Assembly (NCBI GenBank): GCA_964016885.1
Contig: OZ024746.1
Span: forward strand, 98,394,001-98,458,000
DNA from: Eledone cirrhosa
Taxonomy: Eukaryota
Length of the DNA: 64,000 nucleotides
Reading direction: 5' to 3'
Below the pieces are notes generated by a model, which was given only the letters and a program-made list of their open reading frames with translations, was not told the origin of the DNA and searched no databases. Shown here piece after piece: positions 1 to 12,184 of the stretch; position 1 is the first letter of the stretch, and every line of letters begins with the position of its first letter. A program made the position numbers and the translations under genes.

Positions 1-433
1 CAGCAATTATCCCAGTGCATTACTGGTACTTTATTTTATCGACCTCATAAGGATGAAAAGCAAAGTTAACCTCGGCGGGATTTGAACTCAGACCGTAAAG
101 AGACGTAACTATGCTGCAATGCATGGCGTCCGCCTCTCTACCGATACTGCCAATCCACCGCCCCAGTATGGCGTCCGCCTCTCTACCGATACTGCCAATC
201 CACCGCCCCAGTATGGCGTCCGCCTCTCTACCGATACTGCCAATTCACCGCCCCAGTATGGCGTCCGCCTCTCTACCGATACTGCCAATCCACCGCCCCA
301 GTATGGCGTCCGCCTCTCTACCGATACTGCCAATCCACCGCCCCAGTATGGCGTCCGCCTCTCTACCGATACTGCCAATTCACCGCCCCAGTATGGCGTC
401 CGCCTCTCTACCGATACTGCCAATTCACCGCCC
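1..433 (-). mobile_element. tRNA-derived SINE (main family) with amplified 5' head
   Basis: Minus strand has A-box TGGCAGTATCGG, B-box GAGTTCAAATCC, core CCGAGGTTAACTTTGCTTTTCATCCTT...GTCGATAAAATAAAGTACCAGT and tail AATTGCTG; the same layout recurs more than 15 times in the window. Confidence 0.9.
123..433. repeat. 45-bp tandem repeat, 7 copies, of the SINE 5' end
   Basis: Unit ATGGCGTCCGCCTCTCTACCGATACTGCCAATYCACCGCCCCAGT at 123,168,213,258,303,348,393. Confidence 0.95.
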
Positions 434-457
434 CTCCGAAAGACAGTTATGTTAGAC

Positions 458-750
458 CAGGCACGGACAACCTTCTTCGATAAGCGAGCCGCATGAGATA
501 TGGCTCATCATCAGGCGGGTCGCAAGCGCTAATTTACATTCGTGGCCACATTTTAAAAAAAGGGTGATAACTCAGGTTGTTTTGATTTGTTTCTTCAGAA
601 TTCCTACATGTTGTTTCCCTCGATCGTAAAAATGATAGAAAGATAAATTATGACTGAAAAGTTGGGATAAAAGAAATCAGAAAGATTTCAATTAGGTGAC
701 TTAGGTGAGCCATTCAGAAAGCTTCGCGGGCTGCAGGTTGCCCATGACTG
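458..750. mobile_element. hAT (Charlie/Buster-like) MITE
   Basis: Imperfect TIRs CAGGCACGGACAACCT / AGGTTGCCCATGACTG, subterminal GCGRGCYGCA motifs, 8-bp flanks TGTTAGAC / TTTTAGAA resembling the NTCTAGAN target. Confidence 0.55.
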
Positions 751-937
751 TTTTAGAACATCCTAATTTATTTTATTCTACGTATTTCGAAGATGCAAGG
801 CTTATGTATAACATAAGCCAAAACATGTTCTTTTCAGATAAAATCCACGGGAGATAGAGAAATTCTTTGATATGCAGGCGGTCAGACGAGCTGTTCAGAT
901 CTGTGGTATTGATGCTCTGTAATAGCGATGTATATAT

Positions 938-1351
938 GACTAAGTAAGTGACGTAGTCACTACTTTAAAACTCATAGCGAATGTTCTTCAAAATGTTTTT
1001 AAATAAACTGACAGTATATTATCAAATATACTATATATACATACATCGCTATTTCAGAGTACCAATACTAATTCCTAATTTTTGATTGACCGGCAACCGC
1101 TCTGTTTAATCAGCTCTTAAACATCACTGGAATTCTATAAGAATGTAGCTTCTATAACTCTCGGCAGAAGCGAAGGGATATTTAATCTTGACAACCGCTA
1201 ACGAGCGAGAAACGGCCGTCGATTACTTCCCTTTGCTTTTTCCGAGACTAAGTAAGTGACGTGGTCACTACTTTAAACCTTATAGCGAATGGTCTTCAAA
1301 ATGTTTTTAAATATATATTATAAACATACAGTATATTATCAGATATTCTAT
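938..1351 (+). repeat. Partial tandem repeat (308-bp period, about 1.3 units) enclosing a hammerhead
   Basis: GACTAAGTAAGTGACGTRGTCACTACTTTAAA... starts at 938 and again at 1246; about 100 bp are repeated with a few substitutions and one indel. Confidence 0.85.
1159..1247 (+). ncRNA. Type I hammerhead ribozyme, U3-A8 core variant
   Basis: Stem I TAATC/GATTA extended by AGCGAAGGGA/TCCCTTTGCT and TCTCGG/CCGAGA; core TTGACAA 1188-1194; stem II CGCT-aacg-AGCG; GAAA 1209-1212; palindromic stem III ACGGCCGT; GUC site 1218-1220. Confidence 0.8.
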
Positions 1352-1562
1352 ACCTCCATTCATATATATTCTGCTTGCCCCAAAGCTGTCCTGTGTTTGT
1401 TTGTATGTGTTTGTGTGTGTGTGTGTGTGTGTGTTATCTTTTTTTGTGTCTATACGTTTTAGTAAGCAGCCAAAATTCTGCTTGCGTCAACCGACGTAAT
1501 TGATCAACTCAAGATTCTATAACGCATGCGCTGCATGCGTTGCATGCACGGACCCTTCGCCC

Positions 1563-1638
<76 letters not shown>

Positions 1639-2077
1639 ATATTATATACCTTTCTTTCTTTCACTCTCTTTTCCTAAAACTATTTCACCTCTTCCATTAC
1701 ATCCTATCATGTTCTCTTCACCTCTCACATAACTTCCAATTTATTAATTTATCCTTTATTTAGCACTGTACTATTTGTTCATAATATAATTTAACCAATA
1801 TATATATGCATATATTTAATATTTTCATATTTATACCATCACATCTTTATACTTCAACCACCACCACTACCATCACCACCACAACTATGTTCAACAACAA
1901 TATTATGTTGACTTTTTTTCACACACGTATATATTATTTTACTTTTTTTACTTATTTTTTATAAAATTTTTTTCCTCTCTCTCTTTTTCTTTTCTCTATT
2001 TTCTTTTTCTTTCTTTATTACTGATGTTGTGATTTGAATTTTCCTAATATATTACAAACGCCGTGTATAATTTTAAT

Positions 2078-2190
2078 CAGTTATTCTGATGATTTGATTA
2101 GGCATACATTGTATTTAAAATTGAGTGACACAACTTCAAGTGATTAGCTATTTTTAGACACCCTAATCAATGAAACAATTGTTAATACTG
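2078..2190 (+). ncRNA. Type I hammerhead ribozyme (PLE pLTR type)
   Basis: CTGATGA 2086-2092; stem II TTGATTAGG/CCTAATCAA with a long insert; GAAA 2172; palindrome AACAATTGTT; GUU site; stem I CAGTTATT/AATACTG; AATAAA at 2193 and a TA run downstream. Confidence 0.75.
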
Positions 2191-2957
2191 TAAATAAAAC
2201 CCTTTTTGTACTGTTGACCATGTTATTCTTCACTCTTTCACTAGTATATTATATATATATATATAAAGTAAGTCCTTAGAATCATTAGATAAAATATATA
2301 CAGTATTTCCTCTCCCAATCAGTATAAATCAACCACACAAAAAATCATTTCAACGAGGCTATAAGTTTAAAATATACTTATGAAGAAACAATAGATAAAT
2401 GATATAGCTTTTTATCCGCGACTCAGAGCTACAAAAAATTTACCTAGAATTTCTAATAGCCTGTAGAAATTGACTAGACATATAGTTTACCATACATAAT
2501 TAGGTACAAAATCAAAGTTAGAAGAAACAATGTACATAAACTTTACCAAAATCATCAAAATATCTCTACCCCCGGTGGTTTTATTCCATTTTTGGATATA
2601 TCCGATCTTGGATAAATCAACGAACTTTGGAAATCATCAGGAGACAAACTCAATTGGACAAAGATTTTTCTTACATGATCTCCGCCAGAAACGAATTCAA
2701 AATGGCTAAGAATCATCACGTGGCCAGTGGTCAAGGCGGAAAGTTTGTGATTGGTGCCTGTCGGCGAGTAGCTTGGTTACTAGAAAGCGCAGCCGAATAC
2801 TGTCTAAAGTTTTACTCAGCCTTACGGGAGTATATACAATTTAAAGGGTATATACATATAAACTAGACAAAGCCATATATATATATATATATATGTTTTT
2901 GGCAACCAATCACGGTTTGGCTCGATGAAGAATTAATTAAATAATTAATAATCAGAG

Positions 2958-2995
<38 letters not shown>

Positions 2996-3015
2996 ACAAT
3001 TTTTTTATATGTGTA

Positions 3016-3059
<44 letters not shown>

Positions 3060-3108
3060 TATGTGTATATGTATGTATATATGTGCATATGTATATGTAT
3101 GTGTATAC

Positions 3109-3154
<46 letters not shown>

Positions 3155-3415
3155 GTGTGTGTGTGTGTGTGATTGTAGACACCTGACCATTTTTTGCCCA
3201 TTGAACCGTGGAAATTATAAGTGCCTGTTAGTGTTTGTAAGTGCCTGTCAGGTACTTAGCATGAATTTACTTTTGACTTTGTATCACTTTGTATTCTCTA
3301 AATATAGTTTTTAAAGAATCCCCTTTCCATCAGCCAAAGACCTCCACATATCCCAATCACCACTCTCTCCTATCACTAGAAAATGTATAAATACAACCAT
3401 ATTACATTGACAGTC

Positions 3416-3463
3416 GGCTTTCTTGATGATCCCGAATGAAGCAGTTCTAGTCCTGTAGAAGCC
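3416..3463 (+). ncRNA. Degenerate hammerhead, same family as 14662-14710
   Basis: GGCTTTC-TTGATGA-...-GAAG-CAGTTCTAGTCCTGTA-GAAGCC; the core carries mutations. Confidence 0.45.
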
Positions 3464-3806
3464 ATTATTTTTATTTTTTATATATGAATATTGATTGTTC
3501 CTTATATCTCATTCTGTTATTTTGCCCGAGAAAATATCTGTGTGTGTCATCAAATGTTGTACACACATAGATATTTTTTAAATTTCCAATTGAGTTCTTA
3601 GCACGTGGCCTGAATTCCTTTTAGAGTTCATTGTCATGCGCATGTATTGTTTTTTTGGCGGTTATTTACTTCCTCATTTTTTAATCAGTTTGAGCATTTC
3701 TTTAGAGCTGCTGGACTGGCAACCTGACAGATACCTCAGGTACAGATGATGATTATCGCTAAATACTGATGTTGGTTAGATTATCAATATTAGTATTATT
3801 GGGGCA

Positions 3807-3933
3807 CCCACTGATGAATTATAGGAGCCCACTTGAATATATATCTATTGATGGTATACAAGCTCCTACATAAATTGGTATAATTTAACCCAAATTGTAG
3901 GAATCCTGTAATGAAACGAGACGTCCGTCTGGG
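3807..3933 (+). ncRNA. Type I hammerhead ribozyme with branched stem II insert
   Basis: Stem I CCCA/TGGG; CTGATGA 3811; stem II ATTATAGGA/TCCTGTAAT; GAAA 3913; stem III ACG/CGT with GACGTC loop palindrome; GUC 3927-3929. Confidence 0.75.
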
Positions 3934-4390
3934 AAGAGATATATTCGATATGTCTCATATGAAATAATACAGCCAATTTTCCACGCAATACTTTTAGTTA
4001 GCACCCCGAACGCATAATTGGGAATATAATCACTTATTTCCTAATGTTTGTTGAGTGAGTTGGAATTTGGCCGGAATATCGCTAAAAAGCTTTCTCCGAT
4101 ATTGTATTTATATATATATATAATTATTTGGATTTTAGTCTTCAAATTTATTATTATTACTATACATACATATATATATAGATAGATATAGATATAGATA
4201 TAGATATATAACATATACATATAATTACATATATATATATATATATAAATATGGTGTGTGGAGCGATTGTGATACGTGATATATATATATATATATATAT
4301 ATCACGATAAATTACCGGGGCCATAGACCCTCGCCATTCCCTGTAAATAATGTGCTCAAAGGAGAAGAAATCCTGAGCTCTTTAAAATAC

Positions 4391-4714
4391 AATATTTTGA
4401 AAAGGTAACACACTAGAGAGATAGTGCGCCATCAATAAAACAGGGAAAAACCACCAGTGTATGGAATCTATAACCTATGAAAGGTAGACTATAGGCACGA
4501 TAAATAAAAATATAAATTAAAGCGTAAATAAATACCTCTATAACTATATAACACACGTACGTGTGTTATATAGTTATAGAGGTATTTATTTACGCTTTAA
4601 TTATCGTGTCTATAGTCTGCCTTTCATAGGTTATAGATTCCATAAACTGGTGGTTTTTCCCTGTTTTATTGATAGCGCACTGTATATCTCTCTCTAGTGT
4701 GTTACCTTTTCAAC

Positions 4715-4719
<5 letters not shown>
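4391..4719. repeat. Spacerless imperfect palindrome, arms about 160 bp
   Basis: Centre ACACACGT|ACGTGTGT at 4558/4559; arms match with about 8 substitutions and 2 indels; followed by (TA)n. Confidence 0.9.
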
Positions 4720-4774
<55 letters not shown>

Positions 4775-5177
4775 ATCACAATCACCTCACATACCACACA
4801 CTGTCTACCGTACCATAATATCATAATATAAAAAAAAAAAATGTCTTACCACCGACCACCTGCCCCAATTCTTGTAATAAAATATTTCTGTTACCTTGGC
4901 AACTGAAACAAGATATACTGCGTTTTTCAATGTGGTAAAACTATTTCAACTCAAATTATGACGTTGTTTTGTCGTATATTTTTTTCACATTATACCAGAT
5001 GCTGTTATATTGACCGAGATATCCGTCTAGTTTTAACTAAATGTTGACACAGGCATAAATCACTCCGATATATATATATATTCACCTCTTGTCTCATTGT
5101 CTAAAATCCCTTTGTACAGTTTAGTTTTGATTTCATTTCTTTTCCACATTTCTTTCTCCACCACCAGCATAAAAGCG

Positions 5178-5214
<37 letters not shown>

Positions 5215-5310
5215 TACATATATATATACATATATACATATATATATATATAGTGCAAATTTGGACGAAACAGAGAGGCAAACATATGTGTGTGTGTATG
5301 TATATATATG

Positions 5311-5367
<57 letters not shown>

Positions 5368-5380
5368 TAAAATAACGGAT

Positions 5381-5436
5381 TACAGTTTAAGCAAAGAATC
5401 GCTGCTTTCACACCCTTAACGGGATCTTCTGAAACT
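5381..5436 (-). ncRNA. Hammerhead-like fold, U4A core (CAGAAGA)
   Basis: Minus strand TAGTTT-CAGAAGA-TCCCGTTAAGGGTGT-GAAA-GCA..TGC-TT-AAACTG; paralogue at 36533. Confidence 0.55.
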
Positions 5437-5763
5437 AACAAAGTCAATCTGTAAACGCAGAAGTGGATATTTCAACAAACGTTGCAACCGGAGGAAGACA
5501 GGAAGACGATACTTTGGTTCGTGGAAACGTTCGCTGGCTATGCAAATAAGTAAAGGTATAAACAAAACATATACTTAGCTCCCACATCAAGACGTAAAAT
5601 ATCCACGTATAGATCGTACTATCCGTTAGGGTATAACGTGGGGCTGTAATATAGGAAAGTTTTGTGCAATTTATGTTTACAAGCCGAAATTGCCTCAGAT
5701 TTTTTGTTTAAGATGTGGTCTGTGGCGTAGAGTATTTCCAGGGCCTATATATATATATATATA

Positions 5764-5799
<36 letters not shown>

Positions 5800-5844
5800 T
5801 GTATATATATATATATATACTGTATATATATATATATATATATA

Positions 5845-5882
<38 letters not shown>

Positions 5883-5901
5883 TGTATATATATATATATA
5901 T

Positions 5902-6092
5902 AGGAGAAAGTATGACCCCGACGGCAGAGCTCTAGCCGTTTCGACGGCTATTTCTGGACTGAAATAACTATCGAAACAGCTTGAGCTCTGTCGTCGGGGG
6001 TCATACTTTTTCCTGTTTCCCACTCTACTACCCTAATTATTGAGTACTCTGATGCGTTATGGTCCATCTGGTTCCTTACCAAATTTCATTTG

Positions 6093-6093
<1 letters not shown>
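5902..6093 (+). mobile_element. Fold-back PLE 3'-end derivative (family of 46272-47675)
   Basis: Inverted repeat 5902-6014 built from HHR stem II 3' strand, GAAAC, stem III, GTC and stem I 3' strand, then an 80-bp tail; (TA)n on both sides. Confidence 0.8.
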
Positions 6094-6133
<40 letters not shown>

Positions 6134-6181
6134 TCCACATACATATATATATACATATATTAGGTATGTCAAGCATCAACT

Positions 6182-6247
6182 TATTTTATCTGATGAGGAC
6201 GTACTGTTGAAATAGCTCAGTACCTCTGAAATATGTATAATATAATA
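6182..6247 (+). ncRNA. Type I hammerhead ribozyme (relative of 8087-8149)
   Basis: TATTTTAT-CTGATGA(6190)-GGACGTACTG..CAGTACCTCT-GAAA(6228)-TATGT-ATA-ATATAATA. Confidence 0.65.
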
Positions 6248-6704
6248 TACTCGATCACATGAATGACTATATTTGTTAATATTTTGAATTAATATTAATA
6301 ACTCCGGAAATCCTCTTTGTGGAGTGCTTCTAATCTATTGTGAAACTTTATTCATTGATTTATTCATTGAACCTTGTTTAACCTTTAATTATATATATAT
6401 TTATTTAGGTTTGTTGGTTCACCACTGGATAGAACTGATCATTCCGTATGGTCAATCTCGATGTAATATTATGGAGAGCACTCAACGTAATGCAACTCAC
6501 CCGTCTTTGTTTGTATAGTTGGTGGTGCGAGTACGGAGTTAATTATTATAAGATAACAGGAGGCTGGACTTGAAAGGTTTATTATACTATGATCATTTCA
6601 ATGACCGTGTTCAGTATGAATATATATATAGGAACGAGTATACCCTAAGTATTGAGTACTTTGGTGCGTTATGGTTCACCTGGTTCCTTACCACATTTCC
6701 TTCG

Positions 6705-6749
<45 letters not shown>

Positions 6750-6752
<3 letters not shown>

Positions 6753-8016
6753 CACACACCCACCGGTACATATATACACGCACTCACACTATCCACACAC
6801 CCTACTACCACGACTAACCCTCACCCACACATCCACTCCCACCACCCCACAACTAATACCACTAACATCCTTCCGATCCTACGCACACGAACACCCACAC
6901 CCACCCACACCCACTTACACCACCCACTCTACACACCCTACCACCACTGACCCCGACTAACACACCCGCATTCAACCCTTTCCCCACCACCAGTATACTA
7001 ACACCCACTAACTCCCCCTTCACCACACAGACTCTCGTCCAAACACGCACACACACACACCAGTACACTACACTCCCTCCATCGACCCCCACACCTTTCT
7101 CTTCCTCCCCGCTCGACCCACACCCCTTCACACACACACATCCCACTAACACCTCTACTAATACACCCCCTCCCACTCCACCTTTCACACCTACTCATCC
7201 TCTCCCCTGTCCACCGCACCTCCGCACACACTGACACACCGACTTTCTCCACCTGCCATTCTCCTCTACTGCTGCTATGCCTTGACCCTCTGACCACTTC
7301 TCCGCACACACAGACACACAGCCCTCTCCACCTGTCATTCTCCTCTACCCTCCTTCTGCCTTGACCCTCTGACCACTTCCTGTTGCGCGCGCACCCCACC
7401 ACTCCCCTCTTCCGACCAACCCAACCACGGATTACACACATTGGCCATCGTTCCGACCAATCAACTCCATCACAAGGAAAATATCCGGCAACTCACCACA
7501 CCCTCTACGGAACTACCTTAGGAACTTACCCACGGACATACACTCACAACATTTTTTTTCCCACACGCTACCTACATCCACAATACGTATAAACACCACA
7601 CACACGTGCGTACCCCCACATATTTACGCACTCAGCCTCCGGAATCCTCTCCCCCCTCCCTCACCCTTCTGACCCCTCCCCATCTACACGCGCGCACACA
7701 CACTGACCTACACCCCACCCCACACACACACACACCTTTTCCTGGACATGGAACCTAGTTCTTCCTCCAACTCTCACATTCACATACACACACACACACA
7801 CACACGTACACCACCTTTAGCCCTTGCCGCTCGGACACCCCGCCTCCCTCTCCCCCCTCACCAGCCACCACCCCTACACGCCCCACACCCTTTTCGCCTG
7901 AAGAAGGGCTTATGACCGAAACATCGTTCCCCACCACCACCCCACTCGCAAGAGCGTGAAACTAATAAACCTTTGTTCGTACTGCCTCTCTGTTTTGTTC
8001 CCGTTCCATTTTTCAC

Positions 8017-8020
<4 letters not shown>
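6750..8020 (+). mobile_element. CA/C-rich PLE-type 3' UTR/pLTR ending in a degenerate HHR core
   Basis: Low-complexity CAC-rich tract like the 3' UTR at 55410-55620; CTGAAGAAGGGCTTATGACCGAAAC at 7898-7922; AATAAA about 7964; (TA)n on both sides; stem I not intact. Confidence 0.5.
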
Positions 8021-8044
<24 letters not shown>

Positions 8045-8047
<3 letters not shown>

Positions 8048-10075
8048 ATATTAAATAAATGGAAACTATATTTATAAAACCATACTTATTTTATTATATC
8101 TATTTCAAGGGTACCAATACACATTGATACGCTTTCATCAGATAAAATACAAAGTTTGTTTTATAAATAGAGACATACCCATGAAAATCATACCTTATCG
8201 GTTGAAAATTCACTGGATAGTCGAAATATATTAGGGATTTTTCAAACTTATGTGTGAATATGCAAATGAATATGTAAATAATTGAAAAACAACCGTTTAT
8301 TTAAACGACTATGGAGAGAGAGAGAAGAGATAGGAGGAGAGGATAAAATAGTGCTAGAGAGAGAAGAAAGAAACAAGAGAAAATGAATAAAACTCATATA
8401 ACGTTAATTTGAGTGAAATATATTCTAAGTATATATCTTAATATTAAGTGTATTTACGATTATTAGTTGTTTAAAATTTGTTTATAATATAATATTTTTC
8501 TTCTGTTATAAGTTGATAAGTGAATAAATAAATAAATAAATAGATGGGTATATCATGTTAAAGATAATTGTTCTAATGAGTTATGAGTTTAATGTAAATA
8601 AATATTAAGTTGAATTAAATTAAAATGGGAATATATAGAAAAAACTCCGGTTTAATTTATTTATTCGTTAGTGTGAGACTATTTAGTTAAAATAAGTATA
8701 GATGTTGAAAGATACATTTAGCCAGAATCAGTTACTGGTTATAAATCTATTGAAAAATATTGAACAAATATTGATACAGTATTAAAAAAATATTGATACA
8801 GTATTGAAAATAATATTAAAACTTTGAGAAATTTTTTTTTTTTTTCTAATCTAGATAAAACTGTGTTTCGGTACGCGGGTGCTTTTGAAACTATTTCCCA
8901 AGCTAATGAATAGTCCATATTCTTGCATTTTAAGTTCCATGTCAAGTTTGAAAGAGAAGTTGAAGATTTTTTATCAAATCTTCGGAAAGAGCATTTGTGA
9001 TTATTCCAGCGACTTTTAAATTCTGTAGAAGTTGCACCGACATAGTTAAATATATTATCACTAGTTTTAACTGTACATTTATAGACAACGTTTTTATCTA
9101 AACACTTATTTTGTAACGGACAGTTTGATTTAATTCTACAGTTGTTGTTCGGAACGGTACTATTATGCTGGATATTGCTAGAGATATTACTGCTATTTTG
9201 GTTATTTTGGTTAGGATTTAAATTTCTATTATTAATTCTATTTATATTTTGTGCTATGTTCATAGTAGTAGAGTAGGATATTATTATAGTATGTCTGTCA
9301 AAGATTAGGTGGTATCTGTGGGCTTTAGGAAAACATTTATCTAGTGCTTTAACGAATAGCTTTGCTAAAGGTGTTTTTACGCTTAATGAGATTGGGGGTG
9401 AATGCCAAATAATATTTCTAGTTCTAGTTCTTCTGTTAGTTTTAGAGCTTAAGTTAAATTTGTTATTATTATTATTACAATTAATAGTAGGGTGATTTGC
9501 CTTATTACTGTTGTCGATGTATTTAATCCTATTTATATACCCTGCTCTATTGAAAGCTTCATTATAATATTCTGCCTTAACGTCAAAAATGTTTTTATTA
9601 GCGAAGATGCGTGAAATCCGTTGTTGGACAGAATTGACAATAGTGTTCTTGATAGATCTAGGATGATTAGAGTTAAAACTTACATAGTTTAGATTCCCAT
9701 TAATTTTATGGAATAGATAGTAGAGCCCTGTGTTAAGGTTTAATGTTACGTCTAAAAAGTTAACAATTTTATAGTTATTCTCTATTTCTAACTTACGGTT
9801 GTAGCTATTGAAGAATATATTATGGATTTTCTTTTCTTATTAATTTCACAATTACTATGATTTTCAATTAAAAGCAGCATATCATCACGATATAAACCAC
9901 CGGTCACCTCTGGTATTTTTCTATGCAGTGTAATATTAATAAATAGCCCCACAAGATCCGTTATTTGCGCCGAGACAGATGATCCCATGGTGATATCAAA
10001 ATTATTTTTTTCTATCGGCTCTTGTCCAGAGATGATTGTTGAATTCAATTAAAGTTTTCCGTGCAGTTAAAATAA
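8045..10075 (-). mobile_element. Penelope-like element, 5'-truncated and disrupted (RT + GIY-YIG + pLTR)
   Basis: RT motifs FDITMGS..AQITDLVGL..GLYRDD (9788-10048), NFLDVTLNL, SNHPRSI; GIY-YIG CPLQNKCLDKNVVYKC..NYVGAT..RWNNH (8739-9263); HHR at the 3' end; (TA)n flanks. Confidence 0.9.
8087..8149 (-). ncRNA. Type I hammerhead ribozyme, canonical core
   Basis: Stem I TATTTTAT/ATAAAATA (8 bp); CTGATGA; stem II 11 of 12 pairs AAGCGTATCAAT/ATTGGTACCCTT; GAAAT-agat-ATA site. Confidence 0.85.
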
Positions 10076-10140
10076 TATTCAGTTCTTCGCTAGATAAATC
10101 TGTATGTTTAGATGCATAGATAAGAGCTTTATTAAGTAAA

Positions 10141-10277
<137 letters not shown>

Positions 10278-10919
10278 TATATATTATAAGGAAACACATT
10301 TCATTAATAAATTTCAACCACTACTCAATGCTCTAAAAATCGGACCAATCTAAAACTGCAACAAACCATCTTAAATAAATTAAGTATCACCCACCAAGAA
10401 TTACTTCCCTGCATATTAACTCGCTAAAAAGGGAAATCATATCAAACCTCAGTCCACCATTTGCCTCCATAACGGAACCATGGTTCAACTAAGCACTCTT
10501 GCTATATTAATACATTTTGAACTGCTTAACTTCAATGACTTTGCTTGTAAATAACATTATTTTTTCTTCCACATTGACTTTTTACGTTCCACATTATGCA
10601 CGTGTTTTTTCCTTTTTCTTTTTTCTTTTCACTTCTTAAACCTTGTTTGTATATAACATTATTCTTTCTGCACCTTCTGTTTAACAGGTGCGACACGACA
10701 CTAATACATTTCACTATCATTTGATAATGCATATAAATGCAGAAACCGGTAATAGACAATAATTAAATATATAAATAGATAAATAAATGCCATTGTTAAA
10801 TAATAAATAAATCAACTAATACCTTAACACTTCACACAAAGTAAAACATTTCGTTTTAATCATTTTCTAACCCAGAAAAAAGAGAGAGAGAAACAAAAAT
10901 GGAAAAAAATATATTTTAT

Positions 10920-10995
10920 TCCTCATAATCGTCTCTTTCTCCCTGTTTTCATATATATATATATGAAAACAGGGAGAAAGAGACGATTATGAGGA
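10920..10995. repeat. Perfect palindrome centred on (AT)7
   Basis: TCCTCATAATCGTCTCTTTCTCCCTGTTTTC-(AT)7-GAAAACAGGGAGAAAGAGACGATTATGAGGA. Confidence 0.9.
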
Positions 10996-11009
10996 AGAAA
11001 AATATATAT

Positions 11010-11084
<75 letters not shown>

Positions 11085-11243
11085 GATTGCTTTCTACACA
11101 GATTTTGTCTACCAAATTTCACTCGCAACACGTTGGTGGATCCGAAGTTATAGTAAGAGACACTTGCTTAAGGTGCCACGCTCTGGAATTGAACCAGAAA
11201 TCACATAATTACTAAGCGAACTCCTTAAACCCCACAGTCATGA
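11085..11243 (-). mobile_element. Degenerate tRNA/CORE-type SINE
   Basis: Minus strand GGTTCAATTCCAG..GTGGCACCTTAAGCAAGTGTCT, a B-box followed by a CORE-like motif. Confidence 0.6.
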
Positions 11244-12051
11244 GTGTATTGTATAATGGCGGGTATTAGGTATTTGTTCCAAGTCTCTGAGTTCAAATCC
11301 CGCCGATCTCCACTTTGTATTTCATCTTTTCATCGAACACCATGTACCAGACAAGTGTTGGTGTTGTCTCTTCTTTCGGATGTTATATTATGGCTGTTTC
11401 AATGGATCAAAGAAGGGCCGAGTGTGTTTCTCAGCCGCTGACTTCATAGGCACTTAAAACACTTAGATAAAACAAGGTATATACTACAGTCATACAGGAT
11501 TGTGACTGACAGTGTAATTATATATTATAGATACATTATAGATAATGTGTAGATGTCAGATTTTCTCAATTAATTTTATGTTTAATTTCATACGAAATCC
11601 TCTGAATCTATAAACACTAAATTCATTTTTCACGCAGCTCTTTACTAAATATTAAACTTAATGCAGTCATGAATCATATTTTAGATTAAACTCTAACCAT
11701 AAATATTTTAGACGATAATAGAATGCTTCAACAAGAGCATGCTAGATGTTTATGGCTAATATCGATACATAACAGTTTTGGCTACCTTTTTTCTTTTTAT
11801 TTTTTTTTTCCTCTTTGGCATTTATTAATTTAATTCGAGCTGAAAGGAATATTTTTCATGTTTCCAAATATATTTCGGAATATCTCACTCTAAATACGTC
11901 GAGTGGTAAAATGTCGACCAATTGAAACTATAGTGCCTCGTGATTATCTTTTTCAAATATTTCGTGTAGATTAAGGATTCTCAACGAAGGCTGTATCACC
12001 TCCAATGGGGTGTTGGAAATTCTGAGGGGAGAAGATATATCTTAAGGGGTG

Positions 12052-12171
12052 TTTGAGTTCAAATCCCGCCGAGGTTAACTTTGCCTTTCATCCTTACAGG
12101 GTCGATAAAATAAAGTACCAGTAATACACTAGGTAATTGCTGGTCTTGTGCCAAAATTAGAAACAATTATT
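12052..12171 (+). mobile_element. 5'-truncated main-family SINE
   Basis: B-box, core and tail GTGCCAAAATTAGAAACAATTATT. Confidence 0.85.
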
Positions 12172-12184
12172 ACAATATGGTATT

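Noticed and set aside
1521-1548. Short palindrome AACGCATGCGCTGCATGCGTT
   Set aside because: Too short to interpret; no context supporting a function
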